Of a stretch of 64,000 bases of DNA, positions 13,819-26,920 are shown piece after piece. The notes below the pieces were generated by a model. The model saw nothing but the letters and a program-made list of their open reading frames with translations. It was not told the DNA's origin and did no database searches. Numbering within the stretch: position 1 is the first letter of the stretch; each line of letters starts with the position of its first letter. Location of the stretch: assembly GCA_002189035.1 (NCBI GenBank), contig NEEC01000012.1, positions 124,001 through 188,000 on the forward strand, read 5' to 3'. Made by a program: the position numbers and the translations under genes. Source of the stretch: Utricularia gibba. Taxonomy: Eukaryota > Plantae > Magnoliophyta.

Positions 13819-16034
13819 TCAATCAATCATATACCAGCCGAAGAATTGATTCAGTGGTGTTCTCTTCTATGTGACTGTGCTTTGTTTGCTGCTCTTTGAC
13901 ACATCCATATTTGGGGTTGATTGTGCCCGGTGCGCGGTGCTCGGGCTGTGGCTTCAAGAACTAGCGAACATATTGTGGTCTTCTGCTGTTTGTAATGTTG
14001 CGTGTCGTCGTTGTAAACGAATAATAACATAATGATTGGGTTGTATGAATCATATTTTTAATTTGTAATCAGCAGCACAAATCTGGGAAGGTACTTGGGA
14101 TGGTTTAGAAGTTGCAGGCTGAAATGTTGCATGAGGCAATGCAAGCCCCTTGTAGAGTGATGCATATATCTTCTTCTCCCAACTCTCCATGTCCATCGCA
14201 TCCTCCAGTCTTTGTATCGTCGTCCTCAGAACGACAGCCCAAAAAAGCTTCAGTAAGCACGTAAAAATTCCCGTAACCAGCAAGTGGCGGAGCAGGGAAA
14301 CTTTTCCTTTCAGATGACCATCATGGGGGCATTGCCCAGAGTAAAGTTTAGAAATGTACCTTCATCAATACTATATTTTTAAAAAATCAACTACCATTCT
14401 TTTATTTTTAAATAAAATTTTAACATTATTATAACATTTCTCTTTTTTATTTTTATATAAATAATCATTTATATATCATATCAAAACTCTAATACATTTT
14501 TAAAGTATTACAGAATTTATTGTAATTCTATAATTTATTTTGAATTATAAGTTACAAAAAATAAAACTAAAATAAAAATGAAGTTATTATGGTTACTAGT
14601 TTAAGATTTTTTTTTTAAAAAAAGGCTACTGAAATGCGAATAAATACAAATGTGTATGTATATTATATAATTTTATTAAAAAATCAAGTAGTCATAGTTT
14701 TCTAAATGTATTCTAAATCCTAAACCCCTAAACCATTATGCCACCTGAGATTTGGGCGAGCATCTTTCTTCAAGCACACTCGGATGGTGTTAAAGTGATT
14801 ATATAAGAAGATTCATGTACAAGTTTTAGATATGTAAAAGATGAAAAAAGTTGATGTAAAAGTTTTCACAATTGAACAGTATGAGATTTTGGTAGATTTC
14901 TTTTTTTTTTGGTTGTGCTTGTTTCAATGTATAGTTAACAGGGATCAAAGGTAGGAATTGTTGAAATGAAATAATTCGAGAGTCAAAATTACTTAAAATC
15001 ATAAAAAATTAAAGAGATAATTATAATTTATAATATATATTATTCATTAATAATAAATATAATTTTACATCATCTTTTTGTATTTAACTTTTTCATCTAT
15101 ATTCATAACAATACCATAGTATATTTTTATTTTTTTATATTTCACAAAATGCTATATTTAATCATTATATTTATATATTATTTATTAGCAATATTAGTAA
15201 ATTGAAATTTGAATACACCATAAAGGAAACATTTAAGAAAATTAACAATATTTTCATTTCTTTAATTATTTGTTTAATTTATATATATATATATATATAT
15301 ATTATTTTATTAATTTAAATTTTATAAAAATATATAATTTGCATTGAATGGATGTAAAATTCTTAACCAACAAGATAAAAAATAAAACATAACCAATTAA
15401 ATTATATGTATAAATTATTTATAAGCATTTTTTCAAATTATATTTTTTTTATTAATTTAGGATTAAGGAAATTTAAAATATAATTGAAATTATTGTTTTA
15501 ATTTAAATTGTAAAACATATCTATGATAATATTTGAAATTGCAATTGAAATTAATCAATTCTTTATTTTCTCTTTAAATATAAGTTAAGTTGATTGAAAA
15601 TGATTTTGATCTAATATGATCTTTAGTAGTTATCTTTTTGTTGGATTGTATATAAGACCAAATGGAAGCATATCCCATCCACTATTCGAAATTGATGTAT
15701 TAAATTGTTTTTTGTATATTTTCATAAAGGTTGTTATAATATTTTGAAATGAAACTTTGCACTATCATGAAAATTCCTTGTATATATAGGTCAAGAACAA
15801 AATTAACAACTTACTGTGCTATTGTAAGTAATATTATATATTATAAAATAATTCTAATCTAAATAGCATGCAAACATAAAATAGATTTTTGATGTCGCTA
15901 TCCACAAATGCATGTCAAATATGTCAAATTGACAATATAGTAATACTAGTTTTTTATATACTTTTTTGCTACAAAACATCATAGTAATACTCATTTTTTT
16001 GTATTATATTTTTTAATTCTATAATTAGCTGATT

Positions 16035-17090
16035 TGTTGTTGCACGTCGTTTCCTCAACAAATTCTAAATATTTATAAAACGTAAAACACAAAAAATGTA
16101 GTACGAGTATCGATCTCAAGGAGTTGTTTCTCGTAAAAAGTGTTTGTGAGAAACTTTCACAAAATGTCACGGTTTTGCAAAAGGGGGTTTTTAAGATGCA
16201 AAAATAAAAGTTACAACCTAAGTGATGGACCTTGACTACGGTACGCAGTTCCTGGGAATGAGATTTCATCTCCTTACTTTGTCTATCATTGCCTCGGTTT
16301 TCATTGATTTCTTTCGAATAGCTGGTTATATAAGACAAGAGGATTGTTTTCGATTGCCTTCAAAACCGAATTGCGCGCGTGTGCCTAGCCTTTGCCAATG
16401 GCCAATGGCAGGTCCGAGGTCACAACCTGTCCACTGTCGTGGTACTTAGGTCACAAACAATCCGCTACTTCCCTCGAACTGGTAGGGTTGGAGTTGAGGC
16501 TTTTCACCAAAATCCGCGAGGAGTGGCCTACTACTCATGGACCTTGACTAGGAGTCGTTACAAAAAGACTGCAACAAAGTGCGTGGAAGTATGCGGAATC
16601 CGAATTGAATTCAACGAAGAACCGAGTGTATTACTCAAGACTTGGAAGGAAACTTCATCTTCTCCAAGAAACTAAAAGTGTTTTAGCCACAAAGGGTCAT
16701 GAAAACAGAAACGAAATTGGAAACTAAGTGTTCTTTCTCTTTAAGGGGAGGAAGAACTCAAAATTCTGAGTACAAAGCTAAAGTGCGAAAAGTTCTAAAC
16801 TAAGTGCTCCAAGTGACTTTTATATTACTCCCCACGTGCATTAACTATTTTGGGTCCTCTTCCCTCATTCCTTCTGTCTTGCGTGTGCCAACAACTTTCC
16901 TTTGCATGCAAGTTAGCGCCCAATCATTTCTACAAACTCTGACATGCCATAAGTCAGGGGCCTTGTCAGTGTCAGTCTTGCACCCACAATTGTTCCAAGT
17001 CGTGTACAAGGCACGAAAAATCAGACTCTGATCACCGGCAATACTCCTGCAACACTCTACGACAGTCTCCTGACATATCTCTGTCAAAGT
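16035..17090. mobile_element. LTR-retrotransposon LTR-like fragment
   Basis: Non-coding, GC-richer island with a GTAGTACGAGTATCGATCTCAAGGAG motif reminiscent of gypsy LTR ends. No TSD found. Confidence 0.35.
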
Positions 17091-17637
17091 GTGAGAAAAA
17101 AGACATAAAATATATACAAATTAGTAAAATATGATTTTTCTAAGGAAATATAATATTTACTAATATAAATCCTAAATTGGGCAAGTTAGTATTAGATTAA
17201 TACATAATAATACTTAATAAATAATTAGAAAATAACATTTAACATTTGTCATCATATATTTTATAAACAAACAGTAAATATGAAGTAAATAGTTAAGTCT
17301 TTTCAATGACTAAATCCACCTTCACTCTATTATTGATGAAAATTTTAATATATCGTTTGAAGTTGCCCTCAACAAGAGTTTTTGGCAATAATCTTTCTCT
17401 TCCATGCAAAAAACTGTTTAATGATTCAAAGATACTTGTGATCTATATACTAGATATATAAAATAAGAATTATAAGATTAATATAATAATAATATGATTA
17501 ATATAACAATAATATGATTAAAATAATTCCATCTTATGTTACGTGACATTTATCATATGATGATGTTCATCATTATGGATCGATATTATGAAGATATTTA
17601 AATGTTGTTGCATTCTTATAAATGATTCTTTTTATAG

Positions 17638-18330
17638 TTATCTGAAATTTTTTGTTTTGTAATTCAATGCAGCCTCACAAAATAAAACGACTAAGTGTTT
17701 CGATTTGAAATTGACAAACAAATGTTGCAAACAAAATCTATAATCTTCCACAAGATTATTGAAAGCAATTATGTCTTTCATTGCATATATCAATCCTGCA
17801 TAATGATCAATTACTAAATAAATATAACACCTTCTCACGACATACTTCAATTAAAATTTAAAAAACCAATAGCATGATTTGAATGATTCTTCTTTAACAA
17901 TAGCTACTACACGTGAAATTATAGTATTATTACCATCAAGTGAATCAGTTATAAGAAGATGATATATGTATCTCATGGATAGTCGTTTTCCATCAACAGT
18001 AATAACAGGTTAACAATATTCAAAAGCACAAATGCATAACTCAAAAGCCCAATGGTATTCAAATATGGTATTCATAATAAAGTAAATATAGTAATCAACA
18101 TATATCAATAATTATAATATAATACTAATGAATTATTTGAATATATTTCTTTAATGGATAATATTTTCATTTCTAACAATCTTAAAATTGTTAGAAAGTA
18201 AATATGATGCCTTTCATATTGTATCACAATCTAAAATTGAGTAACATTGCTATTTTATATACTTACATGCTATTCAAATGAAGGCGCTGCATTTTGGTTG
18301 ATACAATTTATTTCATATTATTTGTTGGTG
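17638..18330 (-). mobile_element. Degenerate MuDR/MULE transposase fragment (DDE core)
   Basis: WAFELCICAFEYC*PVITVDG...LL...DGNNTII (~18050-17900), followed by DHYAGLIYAMKD...YRFCLQHLFVNF (17850-17638). Confidence 0.75.
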
Positions 18331-18799
18331 TTCTTTTTATTATAGAAATTTCTTTTCATTTTCATATATAATAATAATGCAAGGTTTTCTTTTTTGAAGT
18401 TTTATCTTAAAAAAAACCCCTTGTATGGATCGCTATTTGTATCATCAAAGAAGTTAATCATTTTCTCAAATTATATCACTATGAGAATTTTTTATCGTAA
18501 CATCGTTTTTATTAAATCTATATTCTATTTGTTTATCTTCATTATCATTTGAACAAGGTAGAGATGAGATAGCTTCTTGCACAATTTAGTATTCAGCTTG
18601 TTGAGTAACCTCATTTTCAAATAAATAATTTAAATCGCACAATATGTCTTCATCAATTGGTAATTCAGGTAATAAAAGATGGCATATGTTAGTGAAATAT
18701 ATCATTTATTACGATTGATTGATGCATTACTAATATTAACTAGAAATTAAAAGTACAATATATGATTAATATATATTAATCGTAGGGAGGTGAATACTC

Positions 18800-20030
18800 T
18801 ATGAATGCCAGGTCTAAGCTAAAAACTGAGCAATTGTATTTTGCTTCTTGTTTTTTCAAGCAAAGGTTACCAATCCTAGGTTGAATAGATGACCAAAAGT
18901 TGAATTACAATTTTTTTCATCCCCTGCAAAATCAGAGTCTACAAATACTTACGATAAAATGTTAGCTCTAGTTTTCAAATACATATCAATAGTAAAGGTA
19001 GACTTCAAATATTAGAGAATTTTCCTAACTACTTCTATGTGTATGTTATAGGGTTTGTGCATAAATCTCAATGTGTATGATAGTAAAATCGTGATATTTG
19101 ATCTTGTAGCAGTGAAATGTAGAAAATCTCTAATGAGGCATTGAAATTCTTGTGATTAGAATATGCACCTTTTACGTGTTTAAATTTCAACTTGAATTCT
19201 AGTTAAAATAGGACATCTTTGGCTTCTAGTTCATATTTGACAAGAAGTCTTTAATATATTTTTTCTAATTCATGAATACGTATTCTTTTTCTTATAAGAT
19301 TTTCATACTAAGGAAATTTCTAGTCAAATCAAGATCCATAATATGCAGTAAGAATTCAATAAGTTTTATTGTTCTTCAATGAGGTCAAAATCACTATTTG
19401 TTATTAAGATGTTGTCGACATATAGACATATAATAACTTTACTTAGTGTTGTATCATTTTTTCTTCTTTTGCATGCAAGTTTGATAAAATAAGAGTCAAT
19501 GGTAGAATACCACTCTTTAGGGACTTGTTTTAGTCCATAAATTGTTTTAATTCTTTGTTCTTTTCATTTTTAATTTCGTAACCGAGAGGGGGGGGGGGAG
19601 GGTAGACATATATATTCTCATGCAACTCTCCATTTAAAAATGGCAAATTTAATGTATAGGTGATGAAACTTCCAATTGTTACAAGTAGCTAGAGTAAAAA
19701 TCAATTTAATAGTTTCAAGTCAAGCAACTAGCGCAAATATCTCAAAGTAATTGATGCCTATCTATTGAAGGTAACCTTTAGCCACTATTCGAGATTTAAA
19801 CATGTTATAAGTTCTATCAACATTCATTTATTTTTTATAAAGCTATTTCAAGCTCATAATTTTGGTACTTTCAAGTTTGTCTGATACTTCCCATATGTCA
19901 CTATCTTGGATAGAATTAAGTTCATTATTCATACATTTCTTCCATTTTAGGAATTTCATAATTTCTGAAGTATTTTGACTTTCAAGCTTCAAATGATTGC
20001 AACTAATAATATCTTGAAATATCAATATTT
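18800..20030 (-). mobile_element. Ty1/copia reverse transcriptase remnant
   Basis: KWKKCMNNELNSIQDSDIWE, FKSRIVAKGYLQ*IGINYFEIFALVA and IICLYVDNILIT (~19400-19440). Confidence 0.8.
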
Positions 20031-20254
20031 CCTTAACAGTTATATGTCTGACTCACTAAAATAATCCTCATTATCACTAGAATTGTTGGTATGGAAATGA
20101 TACTCGTGAGTTTTATTTTCCGTGTACTATTCAATGACTTTTGTAAGTAGTGTAGGAATAAATCCAGAAAGCAATATTGTGTATTTCCATCATTTCTTAT
20201 GAATGCGGTGTCTTTTGAGAATTATTTTGTGATGAGTCCCAAGAGGATAATGAA

Positions 20255-20950
20255 GTGTATTTGAAGAATGATAAAGAGTTTGTCCAAATGAACACATTAG
20301 AGACAAAGATCATTCCACCAGGACCAATGACTAGGAGCAAGCGCAAGATACTTGAAGATACACTTAAGTCTCTCATTAATACTATTGGAATCAAACATGG
20401 GCTTGAAGACATCCCATCAAAAGACCTCAACTACTTGAAAGTGGATTTATCTTATATCATTGGGTTTGTTAGACTTTTCTATTTCATTAAGTTTGGGCCA
20501 AGTAATGTTAGAGTCCAATCCTAGAGTATAAATACTCTAGAGTTGTACTCTTTCAGGAACTTTAGTCATTTTGATGTATGTTGTGAGGATTCTTCTCTTA
20601 TTTGAGTGCTTGAACACTCTTAACTTATCAAGCTTTGAGCTTGTGGTGTCCTAGGATTATCACTTCCAATACCTCTCTCTTTTCTGAAGTGTGGCTCCTA
20701 ATTTTCTTTGTTTCGAAGTTTGGTTGCAAGAGATTCATTCTCTTGAGGGTAGACTTGGGTGGGTTCTCTTCTAAGCTTCAAAATCACCTCTTGTTCGTGG
20801 GTTGCTAATCTCTATAGATTAGAGGGTCACATCATTTTGGTTCACAATTATGAGGTATTTTGTAATCTAGATATAGAACAAATCTCATTGCTTGAAGATG
20901 AACTGATTGAGGAAGAGAATATTCATGATAGCTTATTTACCATTGAAGTC
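20255..20950 (+). mobile_element. Gypsy 3' end / LTR fragment
   Basis: GPMTRSKRK motif typical of gypsy integrase tails, followed by LTR-like sequence containing TATAAATA. Confidence 0.45.
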
Positions 20951-21699
20951 TGAAGTTCGGTTTTTTGAATTCGGATCATGTTTTAATTTGTATAAACATT
21001 TTTCTTAGTGTTTGTCGGCTTTCTGTTCCTTTTAATGCATTATTCTTGTATTGTTTGAAAGCTTTTAAATTCAATGTTTTTAGGAAAGAGCGGAACCGGT
21101 AAGGACCTAGAATCGACGCAGAACCGATAAAGAACCGTGGTTCTGGGTCTATCAATTCTTAATCGGGTCTGGGTCTGTTCAAGTTCTTTGTCTTTATAGT
21201 TGGGTCGATTCTGGGTTGGCATAGATCCGACCCATGAACATTACTAAGTAGGTTTATGAATTTATGAAATACAAATACATTTATATTTGAAAAAAAATAT
21301 ATATTGAAAATACATTTAATATCTATTAAAATAACCCATTATAATTAAGTGATGCAAATTGAAAAATAAAAACTAATTTTTGAAAACAAAAAATAAAGTT
21401 AAATAACTACATGTATTTTAATAACAAACAATTTCAGTAAAAAAAAAGAAAAAACTTGGGTATTTTTAGAAAAAAAGTATAAGTAAAAACAGATAGGTTT
21501 ATAATAATAATAATAATAAAATAATAGGTTTTTAGTAAAAAAAATTTCTGACATAGACATTTAATTAAATTGGCCCAATACACACACATCCTTGTCCTTT
21601 AAATGATATGCATTTTTTATCAACTATATTGAATGTATTCGTTCTATAAAAATGAGAATATTGATAATAGAATGAAATCATTGATCAAGTGATGACTAC

Positions 21700-22800
21700 A
21701 GTTGCTATTCACCAGCTAGACTCCTTGTTTTCTCAAATCAGTGAAATTATGTAAGTAACGTACTTCAATACACAGAATAAAGTTCCACAATATTTTTATA
21801 GAAGTTTTGGAGATATTTATATTTTTTAATTTTCTAATGATCTTTTTAACACTTTTTGGAGATTTTCCACTTATTAGATGATACTTCTTCAATGAGCATA
21901 CTTTCTATATATGTCCTAACAACTTACAATAGGCATAGATGTTTTCAAAATGCCATCAACATGCAGTAGGGCGATGATTTTTCTATTAATATAAAGGACA
22001 TTGATTCGGTTTGTTAGACTTTTATGTATTGATAAAAGTGATCTTGGCTTGCTGCTGATCAACATTTCGCAAAATATGAGAGTTTGATGATTCTTGAGCT
22101 TTGAATGCAAATTCAAGAGTGTTTTTTTTCTCGTAGTTTAGCTGCCTCATCTCCACACTTTAGAGACCCTATATCACTTGCTTGAGGGGTTATGGTATGT
22201 CTACTGTCATTGAAAATGGATGCATTGATGATAAAAGCATATTGAGGTGGAACTATGTCAATGATCTTCATATGAATCCAATTATCAACAATGATTTCAC
22301 CTAACTATTTTAGGTCATTGACTACTTTGGTTTGGTAGACATAAAAGTTAGAAATACTTTGATCAAGTAGCATTTTGATGTTCTATGCGACTTCATAGCT
22401 TTTCTAGGATTAGAGCTTACTGATTTTTTTCATAAGCTTCAGCTAGAGTGTTTCATACTTTCAATGATGAGGTGTAGTCGTTGATTAGATCATAGGCACC
22501 CTACACCATGACTTGATCAAATAGAGACTGAGCTTTGTTGAGCTTGTTGTTCTAGGTTTCTTTTTCTTCATTCATCGTAGCAGTTCTTGTAGATTAAGGT
22601 CAAAGACATTCGAGAGTTTGCATATGCAAAGTAGTTTGCCATTTTCATTGACTAGTTGACATATCTTATAGAACTTCCATCAAGGTTAGGGGTGGTTGAA
22701 ATAATATGCTTTTTATGAAACTTGAGACAAAATAGATTATGGAAGGTTTTTATATATACATTGAGATTCATGTTGAGTTCACCATAAAATACTTTGAAGG
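21700..22800 (-). mobile_element. Heavily decayed copia integrase/RT remnant
   Basis: TTPNLDGSSIRYVN (like integrase TP..NG..ER.N) and IALLHVDGIL (like RT YVDD) in the expected order. Confidence 0.45.
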
Positions 22801-23229
22801 GGAAAGAATTGATATATTGAGTAATTGGGGAACAAAAATTGAAAGTTACGTTACTTGTTAGCTTGATATAAGATATATTTATATTTATTAATTTTGAAAA
22901 ATGAGCCATTGATTTGTCTTTATATGCTTGTTTTTCTTTCGATATTGAGCTTGTATTGATGTACTCAAACTAGAATCCAATGATTGAAAGCATTGCATTT
23001 GGCTTAGCTCTAAAACAATTAAGCATAGTCTTACGACAGTCTTGCAATTCTCATTGTTTTACGATAGAGTAGTTATTAGAAACTTGAGAGTATACTTGAT
23101 TGGGTCATCATTTCCTAAAAAATATACATGAAAAAAAATAAATATAAAAATTTGATATAAAATTATACTTATCACTAATAAATTGTAATTTCATAAATAA
23201 TTGTTAATGAGAGAATTAATTTTCTCCAG

Positions 23230-24002
23230 CTCCAGAATCAGTGGTTTCAGACGCCGGGGAAGAGAAGAAGGGGAGGCGAAATTCTACTAGTGAGCAGAAA
23301 AGGACAGCGGCTTCCGCAGTAGGCGCTAATGGTAAGCGGAAAATGAGCGAAGCACTGCTGCAAAAAGCAGAGGAAATGGACGTGAGGGCGATGTAAGTGC
23401 TTTAGGATCTGGAGTGAATTCACCTTCTGAAGTGGAGATGAACATGGCGGAAAGAAGGGAAATGCTGCGAACGTTCCAGTCGAAAACTGAGAATAGGGGA
23501 CTAGAGATGTTAATTTAGAGGCTAAAAAAGCGGATAGGAAGCGGGGATGAAGTTGTTGCGGTCTGCGATGCAGTATACTCCTTGATTTCAAGCGATGATA
23601 ATGGAATCTGAGAGCCAAGAGAGCTGAAGGAAACAATGTTGGTTGGTATTAAGTGTTTGGCTGGTGAAAAGGTGGCCTTGGAAAAGGATAGGGTTGTTAA
23701 AATTGAGAGTCTATCAAGGCGTGATGAGAAGGAGGTAGATGGAAGTGGAAAGTTTTTAACTTTCACGGATGAGAATGAGGGAGGACAAGCACCCAGAACA
23801 TGAAACTATCATGAGAAGGTTAGAGTTAGACATGATGCAACGATACCGGAATCCAGAGGGTAATATGAGATCAAGCTCGAGTGCACTTACGAACTTGGGA
23901 AGCTTTGAGCAATAAATAAGCCGACAAGAGGGAAGTTGCCATATGGTGTGGATGAAGACGGGGTGAATTCGAGTAACGATTCTGCTGAACAGGCATCCTC
24001 TG
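23230..24002 (+). pseudogene. Degenerate purine-rich, exon-like segment of an unidentified gene
   Basis: E/K/G/D-rich reading frames broken by stops and frameshifts, ending at a donor-like TCTG|GTATCAG. No recognisable domain. Confidence 0.35.
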
Positions 24003-25378
24003 GTATCAGTGTTGTCAGTTGTTTCTCTTTTAACTTTCTTATCCTGTGATTATTAAATTCAAAATGACCTTTTTAGTTTGCTAGATAAACTGAAAGCTTG
24101 GATTTGGATGTAAATTCGACTATTTGACAGAGGTGCTTCAGAGGAGTTAGGAAAAGCTGGTGGCTTTCTGAATGCCTAAGTTGCCTTTTACAAATGGACA
24201 CTTTCTTTAAGTTTAAGGAAAGATCCTACAAATAGATGTTTAACAGTGCGTAGTGTGAAATCGAAGTTTTCACTGTGCTGGGAAGTTCTTAGGTTGAAAT
24301 GCCACTCCTGGAACTGGCCATAGTTATCCCTTCTTCTTGTCCTTTTATACATGTTTGCCCACCTGTGCCCCACATCCAGCTTAGCTTCTTGACATCTCGT
24401 AAGAATGATTCCCCCCATAGTAACTGAGATTACAGCTTTTTACCGGGCAGTTTTTTATCAAGTCTGTTGCATGAGTTTGTCTGAGTCTTATTTGACATTT
24501 TCAAACATGTCATTAACGAGCATTTGTCCATTAAACATCATTTATTTCAGGGATGTTTGCAGATCAGGATTGAACACAACTTGTAGAAAGCAATATGGGA
24601 TGGACCATAAGTGGAGCTGGACACAGGCACTGGAAATGCACATGAAATAGTGACTGCCTGGCTCTGGAAACACCAATTCCTTCTTTCAACACAGAAATAG
24701 TGCCCTGTTAATGCAGTACATGACAGCATGCTTGGATGAAGTGCCATGACTGAGGCTAATTGTTGGCTAATGCTTACCCTCATGCGCAAATGATTTCATA
24801 TGCTTGTGCTATGCAAAAGATACGTGAATCTTTACAGCAAGGTTTTGTTGGAAAATGTACTATTTGCTGTTTGTACTGATAATTGAATGCGCGTCTTAAT
24901 TGGGCAAGGCATTCAACAGGTTTCTTGACCTTTTCTTTACTTTGGATACACTTCCGCCTTTCAGCGTTTTGCATTCCAGACCCTTTTTCATGTTGAACAC
25001 AAGAATGATGAATGAGTATGCATCAATCTTATTGCAGGGTGAATATTTTTTTCAGCATGAGTCTATACTTGGCTCTGTATATGGCAGCCACACTATTCCA
25101 AGTTCAAGGCAGTGGTTTTGTGTTAATTGAGGAGCTGTTTTACCATTTTATCATGTGTCTATGTATCTAGGTTGTTTTCATGGACCTCTTCCTCTCTCTC
25201 CTTCTGTCTCTCCCGCCAACGCAGACCCATCAAATCAAGCAGGACAACTGGCAGGTTATTCTCCTCAGGAAACAGATGCATAAATAGAATGCAAAAGTGC
25301 AGAGAGCCATTGAGGAGGAGTTTGTTATGCATTGAAAGTGCTGCTGCTTTGGTTTAGTTCCTGGTCTCTTCTTGTGGA

Positions 25379-26080
25379 ATGGACTTATCGCCTTCCGAGT
25401 GCAGCAGCGGATGCGAATCAGGATGGACGGTGTACTTGGACCGGATCTCCAATTCGAATGACACATGCTTCTTTGCAGGGAGAGGTGTTGGGGATAAACA
25501 GGATGATGAAGATTTGTCATTGATCTCAGATGCATCCTCCAGGCCTCCTATTCTTCATGGCGAGTCTCAGTATGATTCAATGGAAGATTGGAAGAAGAGG
25601 AGGCGCAATGGCACAAGCAAAGGCAAGAACAAGGCGAGTCGCCATGACCATTGCCTCGATGACACGGCAACTTCACCCATCCTTGACTCATCAGACAAGG
25701 CAAGTTCAGAGAAATGGATATCAAGTATTTCGTGTACCTACTTTTCTGATCAGGATTACTGAATTGCAGGGCAATGCAGGTCCCCAGAGGAGCCGTGATC
25801 TCTCTAAGGTAACTTAGCATGCACTAATCCTTCACCCCATTACACATTTCCCCGATTTCATTTGTTAGGCAGTAGAATCTGCATAAATTTCAAGAAAAAA
25901 AAAAAACCGAGTTGCATATTGTGTTCAGTACTTGTACACCACCACCGCTTGATGATTTCTTCTCAGGGAGAAGCTGTGTCCAAAAGGCATGCAGTTTCCT
26001 TCAATGCTTCTTCCACCAAAGGGAAGTCAGGTGAACCATGGAAAAGCTACATCATCTTCCCTTCGGAGCATTTCCAGTGA
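25379..26080 (+). CDS. SOFL: SOB FIVE-LIKE (SOFL) family protein; exons 25379-25699, 25770-25808, 25967 to about 26080 (3' end uncertain)
   Basis: SOFL-A motif SSGCESGWTVYLD and SOFL-B motif SLISDASSRP, then DDTATSP. Downstream exons are inferred from splice signals. Confidence 0.8.
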
Positions 26081-26920
26081 CAGAAAAGTTTGTTTGACAG
26101 GGAGTTTGTTGGGAAAGAAGCAATAGGGGGAAGTGGCGCATGAAGGCTTCTTTCTGTGTGCCCCTGTAAGCGAAGCCCTTAACTGGAAGGCTGGCTTTTT
26201 TTACCAGATTATCGCCGTGTGGGCTCTTCTGAGGTTCCTCTGTTATGCTGTGTGCAGATGTTGAACTTGGTGGGGATTGATTGGAAGTGGAACTACGACT
26301 CTCCTCTAGGCATTCAAATGACAAGACAATTGAGGGTTTTGTGTGTCAGAATCAGTAATCAAAATCATCTTTCGTTTTCAGTCAATCGATTTGGTAAAAT
26401 CAAGGTACTAATAATCCATGTGGACTTGGACACTATTTTTTTCTAAATCCTAGTAATCTTGTGAACATCCACCTCACCGCCAAAAACGTAATGAGCCTCA
26501 CCACGTACATATCACAGGCCTAAATATAAAGGCCCATACTGTACGGACTACTTTCTGAGCCAAGAAACGACGAATCCCATAGAGGCCCCACTAACATAAT
26601 TTCAGAGGCCCGAATAGCAATTTGGGCCTGCATCGGATACGGGCTGCACGTTTTGGGCCGGCAATTAACCGCAGGAAGAGTACAGTGTACGGCTCCAATT
26701 CACACTGTCAAACTAATATTCGGAAATATTCCTCCCCGTGGATCCATGTAATTACGGAAATGCCCCAATTTCTCTTTGTGGGTCTTCTCTGGTCATACAA
26801 ATACTACCCGTTGCGAATCCGTCTGCGGCGGCGGTTGACGAATGTTAGCTCACATAGAACACGGGGCTTCATCTTCGAGGTCAAGTAAAGCTCAGTAGTT
26901 GCCCAGAATTTTGACCGAAA

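Noticed and set aside
14710-14735. Telomere-like TAAACCCCTAAACC
   Set aside because: Fewer than three degenerate units, too short to call an interstitial telomeric array.
17020-17035. ACTCTGATCACC as a reverse-complement iMet PBS
   Set aside because: It differs from GCTCTGATACCA and has no adjacent LTR end or gag.
21060-21250. hAT-like MITE end (GACCCATGAACATTACTA with GGTC-rich subterminal motifs)
   Set aside because: Only one terminus was found and no TSD, which is not enough to delimit an element.
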